DNA of 64,000 nt from Eledone cirrhosa (taxonomy: Eukaryota): contig OZ024743.1 in NCBI GenBank assembly GCA_964016885.1, positions 157,294,001 through 157,358,000 on the forward strand, in the 5' to 3' direction. A model generated the notes under the pieces. That model was given only the letters and a program-made list of their open reading frames with translations, searched no databases and had not been told where the DNA came from. Position numbers and translations under genes: made by a program. The first letter of the stretch is position 1; each line of letters starts with the position of its first letter. Of the stretch, positions 24,577-38,986 are shown piece by piece.

Positions 24577-26472
24577 ATCAAATTTCGTAATATCAAATTT
24601 CGGAATAGGAGCAATTCCTTCCAGCAAGACCTGAAGAATAGAATTCGTTCTATTAAGGATTCTAACGCCGTGCACGTCCATTCCGACAAAACTGGCAACC
24701 TATATCAAGTGGAGCGCAGTACTTACCATCAACTACTACATAATGCTGTAACTAAGGATTACCGTAAAACTAATCGGGTCGTCATCAATGAAATCAACGA
24801 TGCTGGGTTTAAAATCACATCTGATCTCAACATCCTGGACCGGACCGAACCTCTGGACCTTATCTCTCCCCACTTTACCCTGAAGGATCACAAATCCAAT
24901 TTTCCGAACAACCCCTCTATTCGGCTTATTAACCCTACGAAGTCCGATTTAGGTAGACTTAGTAAAACGATTCTTGATAGAATTATACCTGAAATTAGAA
25001 GTTTGGCCCCTCTCGCACTGTGGAACAATTCTTTCGCGGTGATTGATTGGTTCAACGGCATATGTAACAAGGAACATTGCCGTTTTATCCAATTCGACAT
25101 CAACAATTACTACTCCTCCATCACTTTACCACTTCTCCTTAGAGCTATCAATTTCGCTAAAACACTCACAGTGGTTAAGGATTTTGAAGTTGATGTCATC
25201 CTTAATGCCCGAAAGTCGGTGATTAATTTCGACGACTCTATTTGGATTAAAAAATCCAATAGTACCCCATTCGACGTGAGTATGGGCGCCAGTGACTCTG
25301 CGGAGGTTACTGATCTTATTGACCTGTTCCTTCTTTTCTCTATCAAGGACAAATTCCCCAACGCGGGCGGTGGTTTGTACCGTGACGATGGTCTTTTAAC
25401 CATGACTATGTGCGGACCTCGTGCTTGCGACAGGTTCAGAAAAGAACTCACAGCCTTCTTTTAAGGCTTCAACCTCTCTATACAGGTTGAGGCCAATCTC
25501 TCGGTCGTTAATTACCTCGACGTTACCCTCAATTTATTGAATGGGTTGTATTACCCGTATAGAAAGCCGAATGATACGCTTAATTACATAAGTAAGCATT
25601 CCAACCATACTGCCAGCATAACCAAGAACCTGGTAAGAAACGTTTCGTTGAGGCTTTCCCGTCTTTCCACCAACGAGCGCATTTTCAACGACCATTCCAC
25701 TTATTACAATGAAGCTCTTGCTCGAAGTGGATTTGTCGATAAGGTAGCATATACAGAGTACGAAAATAGACCTAGAAGAAATAGATCCCGTCGCATTTGT
25801 TGGTTTAACTCACCATATAATATGGAGGTGGCCACACCATTAGCTAAGATCTTTCTTTCCCTTATTACGAAGCATTTTCCCCCTACACATAACTATAGTA
25901 AAATTTTTAATAGAAATACTATTAAAATTTCTTACTCTACGACTCCTAACCTTGCACATAACATCACAGCTTCAAATTTAGCTAAACTACCTAGCCGTAG
26001 GAACACGTGCAACCCTGTAGTTAGTACTAACTGTAATTGTAGGAATCGGGCTGATTGCCCCCTATCCGGGAAATGCCTCTCTAGTAACATTGTCTACAAA
26101 TGTAAGGTTGTAACACCCACGTCCCGTAGGGCCTACATAGGGTTAACCGCCAATAGTTTCAAGCAGCGTCTTTACATGCATACCCATTCTTTACGTTACC
26201 CTCTAAGAAGGAATATGACCTCACTTTCAGCTTATATCTGGAGTCTAAAAGACAACCACACCCAATATAAGTTACACTGGGAGATCCTAGCTAGGGCTAG
26301 ATCGTATAACGGAAATAAAAGACCATGTGACCTCTGCGCCGCTGAGGCGCTGGAAATACTCTACGCTACAGACCACATCCTAAACAAAAAATCTGAGGCA
26401 ATTTCGGCTTGTAAACATAAATTGCACAAAACTTTCCTGTATTACAGCCCCACGTTATACCCTAACGGATAG
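24577..26472 (+). pseudogene. Hydra-type PLE RT-GIY-YIG ORF, 5'-truncated, one nonsense codon at 25462
   Basis: SDKTGN, LKDHK, RLINP, QFDI..YYSSI, MGASDSAE, LYRDDGL, HFP..H...KIFN, CNC....CPL..KC, YIGLT, CDLC. The TAA here reads AAA in copy 2. Confidence 0.9.
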
Positions 26473-27044
26473 CACGATCTATACGTGGATATTTTACGTC
26501 TTGATGTGGGAGCTAAGTATATGTTTTGTTTATTCCTTTACTTATTTGCATAGGTAAGTATATATTACCCGTATGTTTTGTGAAGGTATGTATACCTTCT
26601 CGTACGTATATTTGACTGTTATAGCGTATCATTTTTACATATTCTGGTATTTAGGGTTTGGCTATGTGTAGACGGGAGTTTTGCGTCCGCGTGAGTGTGC
26701 AGGTTCGTACGTATGGTGGGTGTGTGTATATGTGTACTTCTTGTTTTAATTGACTTACGTCTCCGAACATTCGTGTATTTATATGTAGGTATGCGTGTGC
26801 GCTTGTTATATACGTATTTATTTACTTATATACGTTTATATAATTATTTATTTATTTGCACACAAGCATACACACACATATTTATATGTGCGTGATTTAG
26901 TATACCCATGGTAAGGTTTTGCGTATGCTTGTGTATGTACGTATCTGTTTGCGTGTATGTATTTATTTGTTTCTATTACTTCTGTATTGTATTTATTTAC
27001 TTTGTTCTTAACTCTGTAGCGGAGATTCATTTGGTCTCCTAGTT

Positions 27045-27330
27045 AAAATTTTAGTCTACGATTTCTGCTATACCATTTACGTGGTTTTGTCTTTGCGTGC
27101 TATTGTTCTCCACGCTCCACATATGACTTATTATCTTCGTTTTTTCGTTCATTGCCAGAGAACGTCTCTATGCACCACCTAAGAGAACATTAGTCTACGA
27201 CCTCTTTTATACCATAAACGTGGTTTTGTCTTTGCGCGTAATTGTTTTTCACCGCTCCTATTAATGACGTATTATTCGTTTTTTTCCCGTTCTTTGCCAG
27301 CGAACGTTACCACGAACCAAAGTATCGTCT
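27045..27330. repeat. ~140-bp imperfect tandem repeats in the Hydra PLE 3'UTR
   Basis: TTAGTCTACGA..ACCAT..ACGTGGTTTTGTCTTTGCG..ATTGTT recurs. Present in all four Hydra arms. Confidence 0.6.
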
Positions 27331-27397
27331 TCCTGTCTTCCTCCGGTTGCAACGTTTTTTGAAATATCCAGTTCTGCGTTTACTGATTGACTTTGTT

Positions 27398-27448
27398 AGT
27401 TTCAGAAGATCCCGTTAAGGGTGAAAGCAGCGATTCTTTGCTTAAACT
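27398..27448 (+). ncRNA. Variant hammerhead (CAGAAGA core) at the Hydra PLE 3' end
   Basis: agttt CAGAAGA tccc-gttaa-gggt GAA AGCA-(n9)-TGCT T aaact. The same motif occurs at about 22615-22665(-), 29333-29392, 53384-53435(-) and 58310-58360. Confidence 0.55.
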
Positions 27449-27746
27449 TTAATCTGTTATTTTAATAAGTATTTGCTCTACGGTTCTTATATATTTGATA
27501 TATACTTTCCTTATCGAGCCCTCTATGGATTTTAGTCTTCAATTTTATTATTATTACTATATATATATATATATATATCCCATAATCACCAAACGAAACT
27601 AGTTTTATAAAAAAATACTGTTTCAATACAAGAATCATACCGAAATAAACGTTTCATGGTGTCGATACATAAACTCGCACATTACTAAAAAAAAAGTGCT
27701 AGATATAACTGATTTCATGTATTAATCAGGATATCTATAATGTATA

Positions 27747-28653
27747 TCTCTACATATAAAACTGAGGTTATCTGTCTGTCTACTAAAACGGTCGGCACAC
27801 ATCTCCTCCTAAACCGTACGTTCAAATTTCGGTGATATTGCTACACTTATAGATGAAGGTCCGGCAGAGACATCGGTCAAAAAAAATTTCAAATCAACCC
27901 ACGCCAAGTGCAAAAATCGAATTTGTAATGTATTGATTTTTCAGTTCAAATGTATAAATATTGATGAGAGACGAGTTATTTCCCTTTTATGGCGTCATTT
28001 GATTATCTATTTATGTTACGTGTAAACGACGCGTGCAAAGGTACAAAAATAGACAAAAAACTTTCGGGCCAACCAAATTTTAACCTGCAAATTTCATGAG
28101 TTCAAAATTTCAACATTAAGCTTCCATTTTGGTTCATTTCCATTAAAAAGTCTTTTAAAACAATATTTTTACTTGAAAACAAGCCTATTTGAATACACCG
28201 TAATACAAGCAAATATTTTATAAAAAAAAGCATTCATCTCGAATAAAGCCTTGTGAGATTTTCATTTAGAAGCAAATATTTTAAACGACAGACAGATAAC
28301 GCATTTTTTTTATTTTTTTTTTATGTCCATCCAATTTCTTTGTTTCAAATTAACTGACAGTTTGGTTACGCTGATATTTTCCTTTGAGACAAGTGTTGCA
28401 GTGTTTACATTTTCGATTTGTTAATAGATTACCAGTGCAGTTTTTATCCCCAGCATCCTCTTTTGTTTTAAAATTCGGGTTATGGTTATGTTTTCTTAAC
28501 TTCATAAGGCATACTGTTGGTTGAGGGAATATTAATCAAAAGTACCACATGAAACTGTAAACTCTACAGCCTTTAAGCCAAGAAAGAAACTTAACTTTGT
28601 AACTTTAACACAGCTACTGAGCAGCCTCGAGTAACGCCAGGCTTTACTGCTAG
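27747..28653 (+). mobile_element. Non-autonomous Helitron
   Basis: A|TC..TACATATAAAA 5' end followed by (TCTG)n, and a 3' GC-rich hairpin remnant before CTAG|T. Confidence 0.65.
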
Positions 28654-28736
28654 TATTATTTAAACAGCTTTGTAGTGCGCAAGATTCTCTTTACCAATTA
28701 TCGATCGGAATATGGATATGGCTTTAGTGTCAGTTA

Positions 28737-29768
28737 TCTATATATCTAAAACAGTGAATGCCTGTCAGTCTGTCAGCTTACTAAAACTCGAAAACCACCC
28801 AACCGATTGTTTTCAAACTTTACATTTATGATCCTGTGAGTGTTCTGAGAAAAAATATTTCAATGCTCTAGGGACCGTTTTAGGCGATTTAGCGATCTCT
28901 CTCTATAATTCTTAGTCTTTCTTTTTAGATAGATACATAGATATAACGTTGCGCCCTTATAATATCTGTCTGTATATCTGGATGTCTGCATTACATTATG
29001 ACGTGGTGTGTGTGGGGGGGGGGGGGGGGTATAGCGTATATATATATATATATATAGGAATCAGTAACACCCCGACAGCTGAGCTCAAGCCGTTTCGACG
29101 GCTAATTCTGGACTGTCCAGAATTAGCCGTCGAAACGGCTTGAGCTCAGCTGTCGGGGTCTTACTGGTTCCTATTACCCACTCTACTACCTCAAGTATTG
29201 AGTACTTTGGTGCGTTATGGTCCACCTGGTTCCTTACCACATTTCCTTCGTTATATATATATATATATATATATATAGTGTGTAACGTTTTTCGAAATAT
29301 TTACTTCTGCGTTCACAGATTGATTTTTTTTTATTTCAGAAGATCCCGTTAAGGGTGAAAGCACCGATTCTTTGCTTAAACTTTAATCTGTTATTTTAAT
29401 ATATATATATATAATTATATATTGGTGTACAGATATTTTTGCATACACAATAAAATATAAACAAAAGTATTTATTTCGCGATAAATTATTGATTTTCTTC
29501 GCACGGAAAACAACCCTGGTAATCTACGACGAATGTTTTTTTTATAAGCACAAAATGTAGACACCATCCCCAGGCGAGGTATTCCGTACTTCTATGTACT
29601 GTTATATATATATATATATATATATATTCGTGTACAGATATTTTTGCATAAACAATAACAAAATATAAACAAACGTATTTATTTCACGAGGCTCGATAAG
29701 GATAAATATATATCAAATATATTAGAACCCTAGAGTAAATCCCGAGCAACGCCGGGCCATTCTGCTAG
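28737..29768 (+). mobile_element. Non-autonomous Helitron with nested PLE-type pieces
   Basis: A|TCTATATATCTAAAA 5' end and 3' CCCG-agcaacgc-CGGG...CTAG|T. Contains a family A copy and Hydra PLE 3' fragments. Confidence 0.65.
29056..29252 (+). mobile_element. Family A fold-back element
   Basis: Near-perfect arms centred at about 29113 plus the family tail, between (TA)n tracts. Confidence 0.8.
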
Positions 29769-30907
29769 TATAATAACTATTGAAAACAATCTCCATTTAA
29801 ATATGAAAAAATGTTTAGAACATATATTCTCACATAAAAATGTATCGTTCAATTAATGCTTGTGTTGTAAATTCTCAAACGCATAAAATATTTATAAGAA
29901 AAAAGTTGTTACATAAAAATGTTGTTTATCAGTAGACATTCTTCCATTGATAAAATATTTAAAACAAAGAAAATAATATTACATTGTATTATAACTTGAT
30001 GCTAATGAATATTTACTAGTATCTATTAATTTTTAGAGATATAACACATTAAATAGACTTACACAAACGAAAAAACGAAAACAGAAAACAATAACAATAT
30101 TTCGTTTCTGAATTTGTTTAGCAAGATTCTTTATCTGAAATCGTGTGTTGAAACCGATATTGTTATACTTTGGGAGGGTCATGTTGCCAATAAGAAACAA
30201 TATTATATCCTGCGAAAAGTACACTGTTTAACCACCCTAAATATATTTCTGAATAGAATAATTAGTTCATATAACAGAATTCTACAAGCTAAACATCATG
30301 TATCAATAAATAATACATTCATTTCCCATCTATCTCTAATATTACAAAAGTATACTAGTATATCCTTCGTATACTATTTATTCAGTCCCCATTTAAGATA
30401 TCACAACCTATGGTGTCTAAAACACAACAAAACATAAATATAATTGGAATATGTAAACCACAATTAATGTTTCCAGTTCCAATTATGAATATGTCGACAA
30501 ACGTTAATAAAGACGTATCATAGAGGACTTGTACGGACAAAAAGGGTTTCGCAGATAAAGGAAAAGGCAATACTGTATGATATTACATGGAAAGTGCTTG
30601 ACAATTCCATGTCATACAAAAACAGAAAGAAGTGAAACCTACTCTGCATCAGCGAGAAATTTAGGATCTTACATGGTTTATACTCGACTAAATTCAGAAC
30701 AAAATTTGTTTTAGTTCTAGCAATAAATGTATTCTTGAGTGAATAACAATAATATAATAATAATATTATTAATATTCGGTGCATTTGCAAGCAAATAACC
30801 TCATAACACCATGTGTTTTTTTCGATGTTTGACGTCATCTTTTTGTTCCAGCCGTTGCAGAGAAAAAATAGTCAACAATTGTTTCGACGTTATCAAGACT
30901 ATATAAT

Positions 30908-31095
30908 GGTGGTGGACTGGCAGTATCGGTAGAGGGTCGGACGCCATGCTTTCCAGCATAGTTACGTCCCTTTACGATCTGAGTTCAAATCCCGCCGAGG
31001 TTGACTTTGCCTTTCATCCTTACGGGGTCGATAAAATAAAGTACCAGTAATGCACTGGGTAATTGCTGGCCTTGTGCCTAAAGTAGAAACAGTTA
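30908..31095 (+). mobile_element. tRNA-derived SINE with Meta-type core
   Basis: A-box-like TGGCAGTATCGG, B-box GAGTTCAAATCC, and core GACTTTGCCTTTCATCCTTACGGGGTCGATAAAATAAAGTACCAG. Confidence 0.75.
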
Positions 31096-33724
31096 TCAAG
31101 ACTATATATCTTCTCGTCACTGCTACCACCGGAACAAATGTATATATATATATATACATCCAGATGTATGTGTCTATGCATGCTTATTTTTAATCACTAT
31201 ATCCAATGTATTTTCAAAAGTACAAAATAAACAAAAATGAGTAGTAGTTTCCCTTTGGTTAGTTGGTCATAGTCCCAGCTTCATAACTTGATTTATATTG
31301 ATTATCATAAACAAATATTTGAGTAAATATATCTATGGACATATGCGTTGTAGTGTGTATGTGATGTAATTTTAGATATTTGTGGAGCAGTTTTCTTTTT
31401 TTTTTTTGTTTTCTTTTGTATTTGTTCTTTATCGCATCATCAAAAATGGAGATCTATAGTGAAAATGCTTCAGAAATATTTTCATCTCGATGTTTTTGTA
31501 GCTTTGTTTAAACCTCTCGAAGATAAAGAAAGAAGTATTGTTTTTATCTAACTTATAATTGGACGCTCGTAACAGAGAAATCCCATTAGATTATATATCC
31601 TTATTACTGTTGTTAATCTCGTTGTTGTTTCCTTCCAGGCCAGTCTTCATATAATTCCAGCCGGCATCATCTCTTTTCAAATATTTAGAAATGAATTGTT
31701 TTTGTTTGTCTTTTTTTTTAAATTAATATCTCTATTCCTTGCACAGCATAATCTTTAGATTATGCATAATCTTTAGATGTGCTTCGAGGGAGATTTAGCT
31801 GTTATTTTAGCATAGAGCGTAATTTTAATTAGTACATTTTCACGTTATCTTTAAAATAGTTTACGAAGCCTTTACAGGTGGAAGGTCATGAATCAACTAG
31901 TCCATAAATCAGCTTGCTTAAGCCTGGCCTGGTGCTGAATGACAAGGAAGAGAAATCCATTAGATAAAGTTACTTATTGATATATCTATCATATACACGC
32001 GGTACTTCAAACTGGTATGATATAGTGATGGAATATAGTACTTTACCAAGCCTTTTCATATACCTCTCTGCACTTCAACATCCATTACGAAGCCACATGA
32101 ATCAAAGAACAAGAGAAATTATAAGAACTGTAAAATGTAGTCTTTTCATCTTGATATCTTTTGAAGTGCACAATATAAGAAAGACGTATCTAAATGACGC
32201 CTCCTTCAGACTTTGTATGACTAAAGTGTAAATTAGAAGGTTTTGCCTCCAGAATATATAAGTAGAATTTCCTTCTGTAATTGTCTTTTTTTACGATAAC
32301 ATCTTGGTTTTTGATAAACATTGATCTTGTCACATTTAATCACATAGATTCTCTCGAGACAGTTATCAGTATGACTCACCGCCCTGAAGAATATAAACCT
32401 TTCATTCATTACTGGTTTTCATAAATAAAATAAATCCTTCATAATTTGAGGAAAATAAAACTGTTATACTACTAAATTTATAGTAGAACTGAGAAATGTG
32501 TTTCTGTACGCTGTAAATGTAATATGTATGCTATCAATAAATCAGAAGCTAGTCCACAAATCAGCTTACTCAAGTCTGGCCCGAGACTGAATGACAACAC
32601 TAGCTAGCGATTAAGAATCTGTATTGTTAATTTCCCACATCGTAGCTAGCAAAGTTCGAGTATATATTGATATTCCCCAATATGTAAATTATTTAGCTAT
32701 TGGACGTTTAGCCAACCTATGTGCAGAAAAGGGAGACAGCAGGTTACATTATTTTCTCTCTACGGGTAACCAAATCTTTTCGTAAAACTAGGTTTAGCTT
32801 CGCAATATCATATGTAAAAATGAGCCGCATATTTTTTAATATATTTCCATCACAGCAGGGAAAATATATAATGCTTATTCGTATATGTCTTGTATGCGCA
32901 AATATACCACTATCATAAGAATAAGAATAATGCGAATAGTAAATAACCCCCTACAACATAAATACAAGTGACAAAGATATATAATTCATCATGCGATGAA
33001 TATATCCGATTTTCTTTGGCATAATAACAAATATAAAACTAGAAAATGATAATGCTAAATTTCATAAACCAACCCCTATGTATCCTAAAATCCAGGAAAG
33101 TTTTATTATCTATTGTACAATAGACACCAACGTTTCACAACGAATTGTGATTTGTTTAATTTCCTGCAATTTAGCAGATTATTAATGATGTCATTAACTT
33201 TTCTGAAAACATTGGCGTATTTAGAAACTTTAACATCCATACTATATATATGAGTGCGAAAATTGAATGGACTCCGTTACTTATGCCAAATAAATTGAAA
33301 TGTCAAGGTGGCATGTAACATCCCTTTGTGAATGATTTTCAAGTGCTCATTGATTTTCAATTGCTCATCGTGAAATGACAGAGATGTTTTATAGCTCTTT
33401 CCATTCCTAACACAGCAAAACATCCAGGACGTTTCAGATAGAGTGTGAGAAAGCTGCTCTAGTATTAGGCTAGTACTTTGTTTATCGACACGAAAGAATA
33501 AAGGAAAAGTACACCTCTGCTGGATTATAGCAGAAACAACCGGGGAAAAATTGAACAACTTATATGCGGCTCTGTGGAATCTGGTAATTGACTGCCTTAC
33601 ATATGTACACACCCAGTATAAATTAGTAAATAGAGTAGTTTCGCAAGGGAGAACATTACTACTCTCAGTCTAGAAATGATTGTTTCTAGCACAACACCAC
33701 TAGTGTAGTAAAACTATAGACACC

Positions 33725-34172
33725 AGTCAGTCGGTATATGAGAGCTATGAGATTCGATTCCTCGTAGTGGCCGCGAACAACGTCTTTTTCCAGACTAATC
33801 GAATATTTAGCCAATTTTATTAGCTATATAAAGCAATCGACTTTGTTTACAGTTATTTTTCTTCGATTGAGCATACTACATATTCTTTGAATTTTATATT
33901 CTCTCAGCGACACGTGAGATCGAATGTTCAAGCTTCAAATACGATGACTGTTTACGTTTTAAAGCTATTACATTTAGCTCCTGAATTCACACCGTAAGAT
34001 GTGGTCTAATGTCACTTAGCGCAATCCCAATAGCACTCATCGGTGATCTAACAGTTATAAGGTTCGATTCGTCGTAGCGGCAAATGGCAACATTTTGGCT
34101 CCATCTATAAGGCGTATTCACCTGATTTTATTAACTATATTGCGAGCGACTGTATTTACACTTATTTTCTAT
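33725..34172 (+). repeat. Two decayed tRNA-like SINE copies in direct orientation
   Basis: GA/GGTTCGATTC.TCGTAG.GGC and TTTTATTA.CTATAT..CGACT.T.TTTACA.TTATTTT occur at about 33750-33860 and 34060-34170. Confidence 0.35.
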
Positions 34173-34173
34173 G

Positions 34174-37100
34174 AATAATAATAATAATGATTTCTTTATT
34201 GCCCACAAGAGCTGACATCAAGAAAAACATTACAGACGACACAGGACGGTACAGGAGGTACGATGTGGGTTTTGTGTGTGTAAAGATTTTTTTTATTTAT
34301 ATAAGAAAAGAAAAGGAAAAGACATACAAACATATATATATATATAAACAAAAAAAAATGAAAATTCAAACAATTTAAAAATTCCCCAATAGGGGGGAAA
34401 CCGAGGGTTACTCGTGGCGAAAACCACACAAAAGACCACGGCCACCCTGCCCACCAGGGCAAGCGCCCTCGCTCAATTTTTCCATTTCTCAAACTACAGG
34501 CGTATATTCAGAGCGGTCCCGTTCACTCAGACCATTCTCGTTACATTCACCCACCTTTTAACAAACTTGCTAGAATGCAGCACTTGCCTATCCACCCTGA
34601 TGTTCCTCTTCTAGTGAAACTTGAAAAAGTTAATTAGGGATTTGCCGAAGGGGATAGTATCTGTCTTCAGCACTTTCAAGCTTGTTTACCAAACAATCTC
34701 TTTCGCCATGGTCACAAGGCAGAAGAAAATGAGCTGCCCTTCCGCCTCGAAGGAAGACGGCGAGACCATCTGCACAATGGACTCAGTCGATAACCGGATC
34801 GGTCCTTCACGCGATAGCAACTGTTCGACATAGCTCCACAAGTCAGCAATGCTCGGGCTCTGAACGAGTGCGTGCACGACAGTTTCGTCGCTCTGCGCGC
34901 ATCTCGGACAGGCTCGGCTGACGGCACTTCCGTGCCTGTAGAGCTTATCTCGAAGCGGCATCGCGCCCCTGTAGCACTGCCGGGCCAGGAATTTTTGGAA
35001 GTTATCCATAGGCCCTGAGCTGAAAGATCTCCGGAAGAGAGCAAACAGCTGATCTTCTTTGAAGCCCAGGATCTCTCCGAGAACGTCGTCGCTTTTCCCC
35101 TCCGCTAGTCCTCTATAGAAGTCCGAGGTGGATGTTCCACCGATACTGCTGCCCAGCTCGCAGAAGCCGGTGAGTAGCTGGAGACATTCCAGTTTCCAAG
35201 CGCTATCCCTCAGTCTTTTTCTGACCCAGGACTGCAGCTCCGTCAAGGAGACTAGCTGTGGGAAAACGGGCCTGGCGAACGGCGACCACACCTGCTCACC
35301 GTCAAGGAAGCACCAGAGATGTCGCAGCCTTAGCGCATGTTTGCGCATCATAAGCAATGGCATGCCCAATCCTCCACGCAACGGGTGTTGACAGCAGATG
35401 GATCGTCTAGCTATGGGAGCGCGTCCCTTCCACAAAAAGCGAAAGGGGAGGCGCTCCATTTGGTGAGAGTTGGGCCGGGGCAAGGGACGACAGTGAGGCG
35501 GTAGCAGATGACGGATGCGCTGTACGCATTCGCCCGGTCTTTCAGGGACAGCTTCCTCTCGACCCATTTCTGCGTGAGGGAGACAAATTGCTCGTCACCT
35601 CGCTCCAGTTTTTCTCCATCTGGAGGCCCGGTCCAAAGCAGACCCCGAGCAATTTAACCGGGTCGTCCACCCAACGCCACATGACGCTGTCGAACGGCAT
35701 GGACTTGCACTCCAGGTGCCGAGCTGCAAGTCCACTGACTTTTCCTGGTTTATATTTGCACCTGTCACCGCTTCGTATTCCTTGAGAGCGGTGCCAAGCA
35801 TCTGGACGAGCCTGGTGCTCGACACCACCACCGTGACGTCGTCGGCGTAAGACGAATCGGATTCCTCGCATCCTAGTTCGCGTGGGACGACCCTCATTGC
35901 CCCTAGTTTGTGCAGTAACGGCTCGAGAGCCAATACATACAAGTGGGACGAGAAGGAACAACCCTGGCGAACAGAGCGCATGATGCTGAACGGCTGCGAC
36001 AGGTCAGCGTTCACCCTCACAACTAAGCAGATGTCGCTGTACATCGATCCAACTCCTGAAAACGGGCCCGAAACTGGCTGCCTCGAGGACCGACGCCAGG
36101 TACCGATGGTCGACCCTATCGAATGCTTTGGATTGATCCAAGTTGATCAGGGCCCACCCGTTCCAGGTTCCTTAACCACCCTCCCTATGATGTATCGCAT
36201 GAGGTGGAGGTTGTCGTGTATGGATCTGTCGATATGGCGCATGTCTGCGCCTCTCCCACTAGACCCCCGACGACAAGCGCCAAAATCGCTGCTAACACCT
36301 TGGCCAAAATCTTGAACTCTGCGTTTAGCAGGGTTATGGGCCTGAAGTTATCGATAACATCCCCCTTGTTCGGGTCATTTCTCAGCAGCGCCACCGCTCC
36401 CCGGCTGAAAAAACTGGGAATGCTCCCGTTCTGCTGCCAGTTGCAGTAGACGTCTGGCAAAAGTCACCGAACAAGTCTGGCATAAATGCATAAAGCTCGT
36501 AGGGCAGACCATCCAAACCTGGCGATTTACCTCTCGTACAGCTAGCCTTCGCGCCCCGTATTTCACCGGGTGTTATTGGCTTTTCGCAAAACTGTGCTGC
36601 GGTCGTCGAGAGCCAGGCAGTCCGTCGATGTATGCTCTGAAGTCCATGCACCGAACCGGCCCGCCGCTGCTCCCGAACAGTTCAGCAAAGTGCTGCTGAA
36701 AAGCCTCACACATCTGCTCGTATCCGAGCAGATGTGTGAGATAAAGACCGAATTGTGGCTTTGTTGCCACGTCGCGCCTCTGCCACCCGGGCCCATTGGA
36801 CGGCTTTTGTCCCCTCGTGTTTCAGAGCACGCGCCCTAGCTCTGTCAACGCAGCCTTCGTGTTTTGCGTTGAAGAATTGGTCGAGTGCCAATATCGCCGC
36901 AAGCACGTCGGTTGCGATGCTTGTCCTAATCGCCTCTTCTAGCTTTCTGACTAGCTCTCCCTCTATTCTTTTTCCCTCTATTACTAGTCCTTTGCTAAAC
37001 CTAATCAACTCTACTTTAATTGCCCTTTTCAGGGCGAACCACCATCTGTGATTGAAAACCGCTTTCCTGAACGCCCGCTTAACTAATACGCTAATACGGT

Positions 37101-37347
37101 CTCTGTAGGATTTGCGCGCCGGGAAGTTTGTCTACGTCGCTCTCACAGATCACAAATTTGTGGTCTGTGTAGTCGACTATTTTAAATTGTGGACAACTTA
37201 TACTAGCCTTATCTAGTTCTCTGCAGAATACCCTATCGAGATACGATCTGGATGACCCGACGCGGTTTGTCCATGTCCACATTGGCACATTCGGGTGATC
37301 CAGTCGATACCTGTCAGACAGTTCAACACTTCTGAGCAGGTTGGTGA
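34174..37347 (-). mobile_element. L1/Tx1-clade LINE ORF2 (APE-RT), 5'-truncated and frameshifted
   Basis: SYLDRVF..YTDHK (APE C-terminus), KSPGLDGLP.E.Y, NFRPITLLN, RSVRQGC..S..LYVLALEPL, YADDVT, GGLGMP, C..C....ETVVH. The 3' end is AATAAA followed by (TTA)n. Confidence 0.88.
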
Positions 37348-37373
37348 TATATATATATAAATATATATATATA

Positions 37374-37585
37374 TAATGAAGGAAATGTGGTAAGGGACCA
37401 GGTGGACCATAACGCACAAAAGTACTCAATACTTAGGGTAGTAGAGTGGGTAATAGGAACGAGCAGGACCCCGATGGCTGAGCTCAAGCGCCCTTTCGAT
37501 GGCTAATTCTGGACTAAAATGGACTAGTCCAGAATTAGCCGTCGAAACAGCTTGAGCTCAGCCGTCGGGGTCCTACTCGTTCCTA
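37374..37585 (-). mobile_element. Family A fold-back element
   Basis: Tail on the left, arms centred at about 37519, (TA)n flanks. Confidence 0.8.
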
Positions 37586-37587
37586 TA

Positions 37588-37660
<73 letters not shown>

Positions 37661-37664
<4 letters not shown>

Positions 37665-38986
37665 CATTATGAGGAGAGAAGAAACATTAGATATAATTAG
37701 TAATAAGATATATCATACCTAAACTGCTGCTATATTCCCCGACTACGTAGTTTCGTGGCATATTATGCAAAAACACTACATCATAGAGATATAGATTTTT
37801 GTGAGGTCTGCCGATTTATCAAGAGGATACCTCATTAAGGGTTTCAAAACACCTCTGTGATGCGCGAGATAGAATCTCGAAAAGGCCGAGGGGGAGTCAA
37901 TCACGTGATACAGCGGTCAAGAAACAGAGCTAAGCCCCTTATAACCCTGAAAAAAATACTACGGAGGCGGAGGGGGTATTTATATCAAAGCCGTAGAAGA
38001 GGTGGTTTGAGGAGGCGAGAAGTATGAGTAATGGTAGCTATCCAGCAGTCACTACACTTCAAGGGTTATTCGACCAAAGGGAGTTATAAACAATATATAG
38101 AGAAACACACAGATACATGCGGACACATACATACACATGAATATATCCACATATATCTCTGAGTTAGTGGTACCAACCTCAACCGATGTTGCTCTATGAA
38201 TAACTGGGACAAACCAATCCGAATGGATTAGATTGATTCAGTATCAGAGCTATATGAAGAGAAGAAGAAACATTAGATATAAGTAGTAATAAGATATATC
38301 ATACCTAAACTGCTTCTATAGTCCCCGACTACGTAGTTTCGTGGCATATTATGCAAAAACACTACATCTCCCTATGACGTAGTGTTTATATTGTTTATAA
38401 CTCCCTTTGGTCGAGTAACCTTTGAAGTGTAGTGACTGCTGGATAGCTACCATTACTCATACTTCTCGCCTCCTCAAACCGCCTCTTCTACGGCTTTGAT
38501 ATAAATACCCCCTCCACCTCCGTGGTATTTTTTTTTAGGGTTGTAAGGGGCTTAGCTCTGTTTCTTGACCGCTGTATCACGTGATTGACTCCCCCTCGGC
38601 CTTTTCGAAATTCTATCTCGCGCATCACAGACGTGTTTTGAAACCCCTAATGAGGTATCCTCTTGATAAGTCGGCAGACCTCACAAAAACTCTATATCTT
38701 TATGATGCAATGTTTTTGCATAATATGCCACGAAACTACGTAGTCGGGGACTATAGAAGCAGTTTAGGTATGATATATCTTATTACTAATTATATCTAAT
38801 GTTTCTTCTCTCTTCATAATGTATTATATAGCTCTGATACTGAATCAGTCTAATCCATTCGGATTGGTTTGTCTCAGTTATTCATAGAGCAGCATCGGTT
38901 GAGGTTGGTACCACTAACTTAGGGATATATGTGGATATATTCATGTGTAGGTACGTGTCCGCATGTATCTGTGTGTTTCTCTATAT

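Larger units (their letters stand above)
22593..27557. mobile_element. Hydra-type PLE as a ~5-kb head-to-head palindrome (copy 1)
   Basis: Left arm 22593-24573 mirrors about 25473-27467. Spacer of about 900 bp encodes RT, tail 27468-27557, (TA)n flanks. Confidence 0.92.

Noticed and set aside
30908-30995. tRNA gene
   Set aside because: A and B boxes are present, but there is no cloverleaf and the sequence continues into a SINE core.
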